NCBI GenBank assembly: GCA_963575745.1
Contig: CAUYUJ010000188.1
Coordinates: forward strand, 62,001-117,046
DNA from: Prorocentrum cordatum
Lineage: Eukaryota
Reading direction: 5' to 3'
DNA: 55,046 nucleotides
Positions 12,269 to 23,946 of this stretch are shown piece after piece. Each line of letters opens with the position of its first letter. Within the stretch, counting starts at the first letter, position 1. The position numbers and the translations under genes were made by a program. A model generated the notes under the pieces. That model was not told the origin of the DNA and did not search any database. It was given only the letters and a program-made list of their open reading frames with translations.

Positions 12269-13745
12269 CTAGTCAGAATCATCCTCATAAGGGTCCCGAG
12301 ACGGAAGGACGCGTGAGCCCTCGTCATCTTCGACCTTCACGGAGCCCACTACATGTTGGAACACCTGCCTCGGGTCCGCGACGAGACCCTCGGAAGACAC
12401 GTGCTCTTCAACCACGGTGGGGGCGCCTCCCACAGGTGCAGTGTCTCGCCCATCCTGTACACCAGCAGCGCCAGTGAGATCGTGGCCCGTGCTAGCGGCA
12501 GCGTTTGCTGCCTCCTCCTTTGCCTGAACGCGCGCAGCGAAGGCCTGCATGCTCGGAATTTTCACTAAGGACTCCGTCCCTGCAGCAGGCGCGGCGACCT
12601 CAGGAGGAGGAGGGAGGGTGGCAGCAGAACGCGCGTAGTTGACACTACGGTGAGATGGCTGCGAAAGGCGATCCTCGAAGTTCCTGTAGGGGGGATGCAA
12701 ACCTGCCATGATGCGCGGCGGCGTAGACGTAGCACCCGCCAACTTACGCCCCGTGCATTCCTGCCCCAGCTTAAAGCAGCGTAGCGAGGAATAGGCCCCG
12801 CAGGTAGCGCAGAAAACGCACTCACTTCAGTGTCCTTGTCGCTAAGCGACACCACCGCATGAGCTAGCGCGTGCGCTGTGGATAAATCGAACACCCCCTG
12901 CCAAGTGTTACTGCGGCCACGGCATCCGACCACTGGGCGAGCACCAGGGCCACGCCAAAAGAGCAGGCACCCCGGGCACCCAGCGCGCCCCCCGAGGAGA
13001 GGAGAGTCTCCCAGCGGCGCCACCCACAGGACCCAAGAACCTAAAACCTTGGCCGGCACCGTGGCCGCGAGCATTCGTTTGTCAACTTGCTTGTGAATTG
13101 CTCGACAGAAAGCTTGGGAAGCACGACGGCGGAGCATCAGCGCGAACGCGACCAATGCCGATCCTCCAGTCCGGCCCCGAAAGGCCTTCAAGGACCTCCA
13201 TGCCCCCGTGGGCGGGCCGCGCGGTTGACGCGAACCTCGCCGCCCTCTTGCCCATGGAGCAAAGCCCCCGACGCAGGCCGGCATCGCGGCGTCTGCTGGC
13301 GACCTGATGCCGACGGGAAGCGTTGCACAATCTTGTGGCGGCAGCACAGTCAGAGGATCTGTCGCCGCTGCCGGCGACATACGTGGGCACGACCGCCATG
13401 GCCCGATGCTCGGCCGCCTGCGGGGTCTGGCGCAATGCGCCCCGCGCTCCGCCTTTTGCATCGGCCGCTATCAATCCTTCAGCCTCGAAAAAGACGCGGG
13501 CACACGCGGCCCGCGACAGCTCCCGAATGACGCGTCCGGCGCGAGACCCGTCTGCGCAAACTGGTATGCCATGGGTTCCACCCTTAACTCAAAGATAAGA
13601 CACTTTACTGTGGTCTCTCCTAGTCCCCAGGCTCCTCAACACCCCCCCCCCTCAGTGTTGATTTCTCCCTTTCTTAGGTGAACGTCGCAGGGTGTGGCCC
13701 GAAGTCCCACTCGAGTCTCCGACGTTATACAATGCCCATGGCATG
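12269..13745 (-). pseudogene. Decayed gene of unknown function downstream of the 13.78-kb SL relict
   Basis: Non-repetitive, protein-like overlapping ORF fragments (13082-13474, 12565-13461, 12269-12742) end in ...SRDPYEDDSD-stop. No single intact frame exists and no family was recognised. Confidence 0.4.
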
Positions 13746-13772
13746 CGTCCCAATTTCCGACGCGCCACACGG

Positions 13773-13794
13773 TTTCTGCCAAAATGGCTACAGA
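13773..13794 (-). other. Relict DinoSL
   Basis: The minus strand reads TCTGTAGCCATTTTGGCAGAAA, 18/22 to DinoSL with 14 contiguous identities (GTAGCCATTTTGGC). It is preceded by a pyrimidine tract, and ATGs follow about 30 nt downstream. Confidence 0.82.
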
Positions 13795-15971
13795 GCAAAG
13801 AAGCGGAGGGGAAGTCGGGACAGGAGGAGAAGTGTGAGCAGGAGGTAGAAGAATGCGATAGGATGCGAAGGGGGAGGGTGGAGGACGATGAGGAGGACAA
13901 TGAACGATACATTGGGCAGAGAAAAGAAACACACTAGAACGTGCGAGTTACTGCTGACCCGCCCCCCCTTCATGATCCCCCCCGTAACCAGGAGTATGAT
14001 GACGCCCACCTTTATTTTTGAATGGTAGAATTGAGCACAAGGGGGCGCTCAGAGGTTGATCCATAGCCACAAGTGTCAGAACATGTCGGGGAAGCCACGC
14101 GGGAAGCATTGCAATCCATTCTTCTCCATATCCATGTGTGCTCAAATGTTTTCCAAGCATGCCCTTAGAATTCATTTCTCTCGCGCCTTGTCCATGCTAG
14201 GCGACCCAGAGATAGACGGGGATGTGCCTGCCAGGGCGCCTGAGCCTGGCGCTGTCAATCGTCTGCTTCGTGAACACATGGCTGATATCACGCAGGAGCT
14301 CGAAGAACAGAACATGGCTTCTGAGTTTCTCGAGGCAGCTTCCTTTTCATAGTTTGCGAGCTGGCGTTGGACGACGCTGGCGAAGGTATGCAAGTCAATC
14401 GCGAAGGTGCTTGAAACGGCGCAGCTGCATTTCCCGAACTTCAAGTTCATAGCCAAGCTGAAGGACAGATCGGGGGTGGGGAAGGTTCGCGCGGCGCTTG
14501 GGAGCGCTGAGTGGACATCACAGCTGCAATTCGTCACGGCGCTTGCGTCCATGATGAAGGGGTTGCAGAACTGGGGGTCGGGTTGTGAATGTCACATGGA
14601 GCAGCTCATGGCTGGGGAGCGCGTCGACTGCGACAAGAAGTCAAGGCTCACCCACTTAGCATACGGTCGCGCCGTGAGGACTCTGAGCGACGCAGTTGTG
14701 GAGAGCAGGGGTTGGCGACCAGGCCATTTTCGTTCAAACAACATGCAGTTCCTTCAACAGTGCGGGGGGCATATATGCGAGAGCTCTCGCCACTGCCAAG
14801 AGGAAGCTTGAATTTTTGGAACGCGTTCCGTATGTTTCCAGCAAGATGGACAAGGCAAGCGTCCGTGATCAGATAATGGAGCAATGGCGACTCATCGACC
14901 CGTCGATGCATCACCAGCTCACCAGGGACACCATCGGGATGGAGGGCCCAGCGTTGCTGGCCATGGGCGCCGACGGCTCTGGGATGTCGCCTCGGCTTGC
15001 TGCCCACATGCGGGACCTCCGAGATATCCCGTTGGACGACCAGCCAGGAGAAGGTCCGCATGCTCAAGTCTTAAGGATTTGCGGCACAACCAGAGCAGCG
15101 AAGTGGGGTTGGATCGCAGGAAGTGCCGGACCCAACCAGAATTTGCGTGACTTTGATGACCTGTGCGAGGCAGCGGAGGTTGATAGACAAAAAACTGTGG
15201 AATTCATACAAGAGTGCCTTGGCAGATTGCACAGGGCGCGGCCGCCGTTGCCAGAGAAGAGCGCTCCTCCAGAGGGTATGCCAGCTAGATCGGGCCTTTG
15301 ACCCAATCGACTGGCCACCCCATCGTCCAGCGCCACTGCCACCACTAGAGGCGCATGCAGATGATGTCGACGTTGACGGAGGAGGTCCAGCTGTAGCAGA
15401 CGCGGGGGGGCGATGCACTCATGGCCCACGCCGTCGACGAGGATGAGGGCGAGGGCGAGATCTCAGACGATCACAAGTTGCTCGATCAATACTTCTTGGA
15501 ATCGCTGCGCGATATTCGTTCGTGTCGCCCCCATCGGCGCCAGGCGCCGCTGTGCCGCTTCGCGTCTTTCAAGTTATTTCCAAGGGGAACGCAGATATTA
15601 TCATCAAGGCTGCTCTAAGTAAGCCAATCAAGCAGCGAGACTGGACGTGCTTGAATATGAAATTTTGGATGGTGGTGATATCGTTGAAGGCGCCTGCCCA
15701 GCTGAGGTGCAAGTTTTTGATATTTCGGGCCCATGCGATTCCCACCTCTTGCCGAATCTACACGTGACTCCTACATTGAGGAGCTCAGTGTTCGTATGGA
15801 GCTCAATGCCGCCCACGCACGACGGGCGGGCAAATTTGTCGTCCCCCACTTTGGCCAAGCCGTCGCTTAATCTTGGGCAGAATGCAATGCCAATTCTCTG
15901 CCTCACCGATGCTTTGGGACAGCAGGGGCACACAGGCGTGGCGCGCCGCGTGGTCCATGTCCCTGACCCAG

Positions 15972-16256
15972 GTGGAGCCGAAAACATAAATGTGCTGTTG
16001 CTCCCGCCACCCCCTTCTGCGCCTGGACCCTGCAATGGCCACCAACGATGCCACCAGGGAGCCCCGAAGAAAAGCCTGGCGAGGACGGCAGGGGGCCCCG
16101 AGGGGGGGCCCAGGCAAGCCGTCTAGAGAGGCTCAGCATGTAGGGTTTTGCCAAGCCCCCAAGAGGTTCCAGAGAGGCCCGAGATGCCCTGCACGATTCG
16201 GGCCCCCGCGGGCCTTGCACGACATACTTGCAACATCGAATGCTGCATGCCGTTCG

Positions 16257-16288
<32 letters not shown>

Positions 16289-16480
16289 ACTACGACGACG
16301 AGGGGGGCGACGATATGCGGGGCCACTGGGACCCCCCCGACGACGACGACGACGACGACGACTACGACGACGACGACGACAACGACGACGACGACGACGA
16401 GGGGGGCGACGATATGCAGGACCACTGGAATCCCCGACGATAGGCGGGGCCACTGGACCCCCCCCCGACGACGACGCCGA

Positions 16481-16518
<38 letters not shown>

Positions 16519-16590
16519 GCGACGAGGGGGGCGACGACATGCGGGACCACTGGGGTCCCCGACGATACGCGGGACCACTGGAATCCCCCC

Positions 16591-16653
<63 letters not shown>

Positions 16654-16893
16654 CAACTCTCCCATGTGTTTTTCCCGTGCGGCCCCCCCTGATGAGTCAA
16701 ACGCCCAGGGGGGTGTCAATATTTGCGTTGGAGCCCTCGCCTCGGCGCGTTGGCGGTGAATTCGCGGCAAGGGCCCCAACGCGAAAAGCTTGAAATCACA
16801 AATGGTTTTTTGACTCATCAGAGGGGGCCGCACGGGAAAAAACATATGGAATTCACGCCGCGGGCGCTTCCCCCGTCGGTTTGCCTCGCAGAG
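15972..16893 (+). mobile_element. 922-nt repeat-rich insertion with GT-AG ends inside the transposase-like frame
   Basis: The junctions are CCAG|GTGGAG...CGCAGAG|GCTGG. Removal fuses ORF 15647 and ORF 16881 in frame (RRVVHVPDPG-WWVYDNRNLL). The insert contains (GAC)n tracts and a long hairpin. Confidence 0.6.
16662..16849. repeat. Foldback/MITE-like element with ~40-bp inverted repeats
   Basis: 16662-16701 (CCATGTGTTTTTCCCGTGCGGCCCCCCCTGATGAGTCAAA) pairs with 16809-16849. There is a second inner stem, GCGTTGGAGCCCT/AGGGCCCCAACGC. Confidence 0.85.
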
Positions 16894-17944
16894 GCTGGTG
16901 GGTCTATGATAACCGTAATCTGTTGTCCAAGAGGGCATACTTGCAAGTTCTCCTAGGGATAGACCGAGCGTGGGCGGCAGGTAATGTACAATTCAGCAGC
17001 GGGCGCAGCGAGAAATTTTATAAGCTTCTCCTCTGGTCAAATGTGCCCGTGCCAGAGCACTTGCCAGCCATTGAGTATTCGAAAAAGCTGGAAGGATTAG
17101 AGGCCGGCGGTGGCGCCATCCAGGTTGACCTGACTTGCCCTGCGGCGCCGCTGCCAGGTGCACCTGTGATCGCGGTGGCGGCGCCTCCGCCGCCAGAGGC
17201 CCCAGAGGGGCCAGCAGCGCCAGCAGCGCACATGGTTGCGCCAGCCATCGCAGGGGGTGACATCATTGTCGACGCCCCCGCCGCAGTTGTTTGGCCTGAG
17301 TACATGCGTGGGCAGAAAGTCGCCCGTGAGACTCACATGGGCGCAGGAGGGGAGTCCGGTGGGTTCCGCATCAGATGCCCCGCGCAGGCGAACTGTAGGA
17401 AATTCAAGGCGCACGGTACTGGAGTTGCCCAATATGGGCCACTCGCCCCAATTTACTGGTTGGGGGCGTGGGCCACTGCTGCGCCAGATATGCCTCTGGA
17501 GAGGCACCGCTGTTTCATCCCGACTGCTGCCCAGATCAGGCATATCGGGATTCCTTGTGATGAAAGAAAGTGGGTTCCCTCAAGTGATGTTTTTTTCCAG
17601 TCTGTCTCTTCATTCGCTTCTCCTCAACCTCCCCCCCCCCCCCGAGCTGACCTTCGCCCAGAGGCGCCCTTGCTCGCAGAGACTCAGCGCGCTTTGCGCC
17701 GATTCGTCGGTCGACTCGCAGGTGCCGACCGTCTAGGGTGGGTGGAGGGAAGGCCTTGTGAGGGGGGGCTTGTGTGTATCGCCGGACAATGTACAAGGGG
17801 TGCGTGTTGAGTGCCGTGTCATTGGAAAACACCATACACGGCGTCATTGTTGATAATGCGCAAGAGATGTGTGTAGGACCGATGCAGTACAATGCTTGTA
17901 GTTAGAGTGTGGACACGGCAAAGCATCCAGGACCAGAAGGGGGT

Positions 17945-18156
17945 GTTGAGACCATGTTAAGACCATATTGAGACCATGTTTAGACAAGTGTTGAGACACG
18001 TGTTGAGTGTGGAGACCATGTTGGGACCATGTTGAGACCACGTTGAGACACTGTTGAGACACGTGTTGAGTGTGGAGACCATGTTGAGACCATGTTGACA
18101 CCATGTTGGGACCATGTTGAGACCAAGTTGAGACCATGTTGAGACACGTGTTGAGA
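17945..18156 (+). repeat. 11-bp minisatellite (TGTTGAGACCA)
   Basis: Direct inspection. Confidence 0.9.
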
Positions 18157-18363
18157 GTTGAGCCCAAACTGGCTCAGACAAGCCCAAAGTCCAAGGTCGT
18201 CCTAACATCAGCTCTGATGTGCCGTGTCTCATGGCGGAGGTGACGTCGGTCAAGCATCGCTGTGGGCTCAGTGAGTGTTAACACACAGCAAAGTAAGCAC
18301 GCTCCTCAACCAAACTGGCACTGCGGTGACCATGTTGCAATGGGCCTTCCTCCCCACGCTGTC

Positions 18364-18385
18364 TCCGTAGCCGTCTAGGCCCAAT
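18364..18385 (+). other. Relict DinoSL (degenerate)
   Basis: TCCGTAGCCGTCTAGGCCCAAT matches DinoSL at 17/22 without gaps, about 55 nt upstream of ATG 18440. Confidence 0.75.
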
Positions 18386-18439
18386 CCCGCGCTTGCATCC
18401 TTCGTTCTACTACGTACATCCGCATTTGAATTTCATCAC

Positions 18440-19111
18440 ATGAGTCTTGAGACTCCAGAGGAAGCGGTTCAGGAGCATCCGCAGTCGCAGTCGGAGCCGC
18501 AAGGGCAAGAACAGCGAGAGCGGCCCCGATCTCCTCCACGCCGCCAGCGTTCACCACCTTTCAGGCGCGGCCAGGCCATGGCTACAGCCATGATGAACCA
18601 GATAGATTTTCATCTTAGCTTGGTTCAGAGGGCCATGCTCGCCATGTCCTTGAGCTACGGGGCTAACTTCACCAGTACCGTGCTGTTGCCCGTGACTCGC
18701 GAATGCGCTTGCAATCGCGACCCGCCCCCAGGGGCGAACGACATCTTCAATGACTTGTACAGGTTGGAGAAGAAGTTTCTGGATCTCCAGGACCTCGCCC
18801 AGAACGTCACTGGCATGTTCGACGAGACGTGCGAGCTAGTCACCGCTTTCACTTGCTGCGGAGGGAGGAGGGCGCCCCCGAGTATCAATAGGTTCGAAGC
18901 ATACTCTGCAGCCACCCATTCATGTTCCATATTGCTCTGTAAACGGCTGCAGCCGCCTCTGGTGCGCTTCCTTAGCACAGCTTTCTTTGTATGTTGTAGC
19001 CAGCTAGAGCCTATCGTTGCTCCGACGGTTGCGACTCCTCTGCTGTTAGTTTGCATTCGGCCCTTGCTCGGTGCTCCGGCGCCCCGACACCCCTCGGTTT
19101 CGCATCGGTAG
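18440..19111 (+). CDS. Hypothetical protein, SL-relict-preceded (retrocopy candidate)
   Basis: ATG-initiated, non-repetitive 223-aa ORF with an RSPPRR N-terminal patch and a helical-looking core (DIFNDLYRLEKKFLDLQDLAQNV). A DinoSL relict lies upstream. The true C-terminus is uncertain. Confidence 0.5.
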   Translation: MSLETPEEAVQEHPQSQSEPQGQEQRERPRSPPRRQRSPPFRRGQAMATAMMNQIDFHLSLVQRAMLAMSLSYGANFTSTVLLPVTRECACNRDPPPGANDIFNDLYRLEKKFLDLQDLAQNVTGMFDETCELVTAFTCCGGRRAPPSINRFEAYSAATHSCSILLCKRLQPPLVRFLSTAFFVCCSQLEPIVAPTVATPLLLVCIRPLLGAPAPRHPSVSHR

Positions 19112-19470
19112 ACTCACGCGCGCCAGCCCAGCACTTCGCCAGCTGCACGCGCGTCGTGGGTAGCACTGCGAAGCATAACAGATGAGCGTCCACCTATCCT
19201 TTATTCCTGCCCTCTCTTGCTCCCCTCCTTCTCCTCCTCAACGCCGCCCTCCCCTCCTCCTCTCCTCCGCCTCTCTGCGTCTTACTCTGGTCACGATGCC
19301 CCCTCTTCTCCCCCCTCCCCTCCCCCGCTCCCTCGGGCCCTTGAGAGCGCGCGCTGCAGCTGGGCCCCAGGGGCCACGACTCAACCTCGACAGACAGAGA
19401 GATCGGCGAGAAGCTGACGGGCGCATGGGGACATGGAGGAACAAGGAGGAGAGAAGGGAGAAGCTTTCCA

Positions 19471-19492
19471 CGCGTAGCCATTTAGGCTCAAG
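19471..19492 (+). other. Relict dinoflagellate spliced leader (DinoSL)
   Basis: CGCGTAGCCATTTAGGCTCAAG matches DCCGTAGCCATTTTGGCTCAAG at 19 of the last 20 nt. The first downstream ATG is at 19544. Confidence 0.92.
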
Positions 19493-19543
19493 TGTTGTGG
19501 CTTGCCATCTTCCAGCGAGGCCCTTTCGGTCAGGTGCTGAGGC

Positions 19544-22113
19544 ATGTCGGAAGCTGGGCTGGAGAGCCTCGACGGAGACGGCGCCATCAGTTGCGTGGGC
19601 CTTCGCCAGTGCCACGTGTGCTTGGCCCCAGGGCATTTGGCTTCACTCGGCCGCCTGCTGGAACGCTGTGAGATCGAGGAAGCGCAACGCCAAGGCTTCT
19701 CCCCAGTTGCAGCAGCAGGACGACAAGGACATGATCAACGAGCCCGAGAAGTGGCGAGGTAACGTCACGCCGTTCTTGAGCACCGACTCCTCGAGCAGGG
19801 CTCAAGCTCGGGCGGCCGTCCGCGACCAAGTGAATGTCACGGAGACCATGCAAGTCGACAGTGAGATGCAGCTCGATGATCAGCACATTCTGACTCACAC
19901 CCGTTACAAGAACTACAGGAAGTGGTGGGACGACGTCGGGTCAGATACGGCCTACGAGGACTTCGACGAAGAGCACGAGAAGCAGAAGGGCAGGTACGAC
20001 ACTACGGACAAGCACTGGAACAAGGTCGCGAGGGTAAAGGCCGAGGGCGACGCAATGGTGAGGAAGGGCAAGGGGGTCACACACAAACGGGGCCAGCGCA
20101 CTACTACTCCGACGGATGGCCACGACGGCAACGCCGACAGCGACCGCCCGAGGCGCCGCATCAGGCTCGGTGCCGACTCCGATGCGGCCGACAGCGCTGC
20201 TGGGGGGTCGCTTCAGTCCACCTTCCGCCCGAGGCCATGCTCCCGCAGTTTCTCGTCTGGTGGAGCTGCAGGACACGCGCGCTGATGCAGATGAGGAGGA
20301 GCCCGAGCCTAAGATGCAACCTGCGGCAAGCCCACCTGATAAGGTCAAGAAGGAGAAGGTTCCAACGCCATCGACAGCGAGCTTGGAGTTCATCAACAAG
20401 AAGGAGCAGCTGCTGGTGGACTGGGAGAAGCGCTTGGACAAGATTGCGGGCTCCAAGGGGATCGCGACCACGATGGCGCAGTGCCGAGTGGACATCAGCA
20501 GGGCCGTCAAAGGCGACGCCCGGGGGTGCGACGACGCCGACGACGACGACGGCGAGGGAATTTCTGCCCCCACGAGGTGGGCAGAAATTCCATCAGAAGA
20601 ACACGACGACGACGACGACGACGACGAGTGAGTCTCCGCCCCGGCTGGGTTCGCACCCCGGGGCGTCGCCTTCGAAGGCGAGTTGCAACCAGATGAGCTA
20701 CCTGATGGCCACGAGGACCTCGAGCATAAGATCGAGGCGCTGAAGACCGAGGTCAAGGGCTTGATCGATAAGAGCAAGAACGTTCGCCGCGCCGAGCTGG
20801 AGGCGCTGGAGGGCAAGAAGAACAAGCTGCACGGGAAGCTGAGTGCAGTGGAAGTCACCATCTCTGAGGTGGTGTCAGTCACGACGCAGAAGAAGGGGAA
20901 GGCAGTCACCCAGCAGCGCAAGGCTTACATGAACAGACGATGGCAGATCACGCAGATCGTAACCAAACTCCTGAACGGCACCTTTTCCGAGAAGCACGGG
21001 AAGTTGTTGGCGGGTTTGCTGGTCGATGTCGTGTTCACGGCCAACGTCGGGGACACGCATCTGGCCAACACAGACGCGAAGGGCGACCCAGTTCAGCAGG
21101 CGAAGATCTTCGCGCCGAAGTGCGTGTGCTTCTCCGTCGACCCCAGCCCTGAGGAGTTCGCCTGCTCGCACGTCGTGCACTGGACGGGTGCGGTCGACTC
21201 GCCTTCCAAGGCCATCTTCGACACCAACAAGGACGTGATCAGCACCAAGCTTGAGACGTTCGAGAGCACCATGACGGAGAACGACAAGTGGGCAGGGGCA
21301 TGTGGCACGTGCGGTGATGGGTTCGTCCTGGAGGGGGCCTCGATGTACGGCACCACGCTGGAGGACATCGACATGAGTGGCTCGAAGCCTTTGATCGTGA
21401 GCGTTCGTGAGGGCCACCGTGGCAGTGCACCAGCTTGCGCGCCGTTGGCAGGGCTCGCATGCGTCATCAAACCGATCGGTGACCAACGGATCTTCGTCCA
21501 CGGGGTCTCCATGGAGCCGCTCTTGCAGACGGGCATCGCGCTGGCGGACTTCGACTCGTTCTCGAACACCGCTGCGGGCGTCGAGTTCATGAAGGCGCAC
21601 TCGTTCGCGGTCTCTGCCAAGCCCGACGAGATGGTCTACTTGCCGCCAGCGTGCCTCTACCACGTCATCGCCATGACGGCCAACAACAAGAAGACGAAGA
21701 CAGAGAAGGAGGTTGCTCACATTCTCCACTTGCATGTGTGGGTCAAGAGCTGGCACGGATTCTCGGATAATCTCAAGAACGCGATTGTCGCGCTGAACGG
21801 CTCGACACTCCAGCAGAAGAGGGGCCAGCAGATGTGGGAGGAGCGCCTCACGTGGCCCCACAAGATCCTCGAGTGTGATGCTGGTGCGATTTCTCAGGCG
21901 GCCCCCCGCCCAGAGCTTGGTGCAACGACGATGGGAACAGCGCCTTCGCGCTGCGGTCGTGGGAGAGCTCGGCGGGACCGCCTTGAAAACCGCTCGTGCC
22001 GATATCGGAGTGCCGACGCAGCTCCGCCGACGGCAGCGCGCCCCCCCCGCCGCAGTGTCGGGGGGAAGGAGGAGGGTGAGGAGGAGAGGAAAAACGAGGA
22101 GGAGCACGAATAG
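19544..22113 (+). pseudogene. SL-relict-preceded gene: N-terminal Cys/His finger-like motif, coiled coil, unknown C-terminal domain; two frameshifts and one Introner-like intron
   Basis: ATG 19544 (MSEAGLES...QCHVCLAP) shifts near 19630 into GIWLHSAACWNAVRS, then shifts again near 20220 into the 20116 frame. That frame joins ORF 20683 after removal of 20513-20677. GC3 coding bias is strong by eye. The 3' end beyond ~21900 is doubtful. Confidence 0.7.
20513..20677 (+). mobile_element. Introner-like element: 165-nt GC-AG intron with 22-bp TIRs
   Basis: The junctions are AAAG|GCGACGCC...TTCGAAG|GCGAG. The TIRs are 20510-20531 and 20651-20672 (21/22). AAGGCGA is directly repeated at 20510 and 20675. 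An internal in-frame stop lies at 20629-20631. Confidence 0.85.
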
Positions 22114-22309
22114 GAGGCGGGGGAGGAGGGTGGAGGAGGGAGGGGAGAACGAGGAGGAACGGCAGGAGGAGGAGGAGGGGGAGGAGAAGCGAGGAGGATG
22201 AGGAATGATATAAAAAATGAGTGAGGAGGAGGAGGAGCTCCTCCCTCCTCCTCCCTCTTCTTCCTCCTCCTTCTCTCCTCCCCCCCCCTCCTCCTCTTGC
22301 CCCTCCAGA

Positions 22310-23078
<769 letters not shown>

Positions 23079-23143
23079 GACAAGTGGGCGGACCAGGGTC
23101 CGTCCGCGAGGCGCACTGCGGTGCGACAACTCGCCATGCACTA

Positions 23144-23880
23144 TTAGCGGCGGTGCAGCCTTAAGATACGAGGGCGGGCAACAGGCCCCTTCCCCCGGCG
23201 CATTGCGTCTGAAGTAACGGACGGCGGACAGACTGTGAAGATCTCACCTGTCAGACCGCGTGAAGAAAAAGGCCCCAACGCAAGCGGCGACGTGAAAACG
23301 TGGCTAAGGCGGCTTGGCGGACCGCCGGTTGGGCGCTTGGCCGCAGCGCGGCGCGCAGAGACGGGGCACCCCCCGCCCCCACGCCCAGGCCCCGTGGCCG
23401 CGGTGCCTCGCGGGCGCACGGGCTGGCGAAAAGGGAAAAGGTGCACCAGCTGGGAGCCGTATGGCCCAGCACAGTGCGCACAGGCCGAGAACCCCAACAG
23501 GAGCGGCAAAGGCTAGCCGACAGCACAGCGGCACCAGCCGCTGCCAGCTAACCTTTAGCCCCCATTGGCGGACCTCGAAAGTGACAGAGTCCGCGGCCAG
23601 GCGGCGGACAGCAGAGGGGCGCCAGACGCGCCGAGGAAAAGGTGCACATGCTGGGAGCCGAATGGCCCGCATGCTCACAGGCAGAGACAGTGCAAAGGTG
23701 CAGTGGAGGCCCTCACAGCGGATGCACCCGCAACGACATGGCGGACATGACATGGCGTGAAGACACGAGTGCGTGGGGAGGGGCTGAAGCCGCCACCCCC
23801 GCCAGCAGGCATAAAGACGTTTGTGGAAGAGGTCCCATTTCGAACACCGCCGCTCGTGCCGGCAGGGGAGAGACACTGTG
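23144..23880 (-). mobile_element. Possible LINE 3'-end remnant with repeated Cys-knuckle motif
   Basis: A duplicated DNA motif (GAAAAGGTGCAC.GCTGGGAGCCG.ATGGCCC at ~23435 and ~23636) encodes CAHCAGPYGSQLVHLF-like peptides. Confidence 0.35.
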
Positions 23881-23946
23881 TGGCGGCATCCTTGTTACTG
23901 ACCCATCAGGCTGAGACACTGTGTGGCGGCATCCTTGTTTCTGACA

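Larger units (their letters stand above)
14150..17545 (+). pseudogene. Decayed hAT-like DDE transposase with long C-terminal extension
   Basis: Successive + frames give SFS*FASWRWTTL (hAT RW-S/T-like motif, in-frame stop at 14350-14352), WGSGCECH...CDKKSR, LEFLERVPY and LRDIPLDDQPGEGPHAQV (resembling the hAT catalytic-Glu/dimerisation motif IP...E). A Cys/His-bearing C-terminus follows (FRIRCPAQANCRKFK...WLGAW...HRCFIP). Frameshifts fall at homopolymer runs (~14765, ~15190, ~15405). The family call is from motifs only. Confidence 0.55.

Noticed and set aside
14060..14073. TCCATAGCCACAAG upstream of the transposase-like frame as an internally deleted SL
   Set aside because: It requires an 8-nt deletion and is too short to support.
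16689..16790. CTGATGAG...GAAA hammerhead-like core
   Set aside because: CTGATGAG is sequestered in the long outer stem, and I could not build stems I-III with the right spacing.
20875..22107. 410-aa minus-strand ORF
   Set aside because: It is the antisense shadow of the plus-strand gene at 20683.
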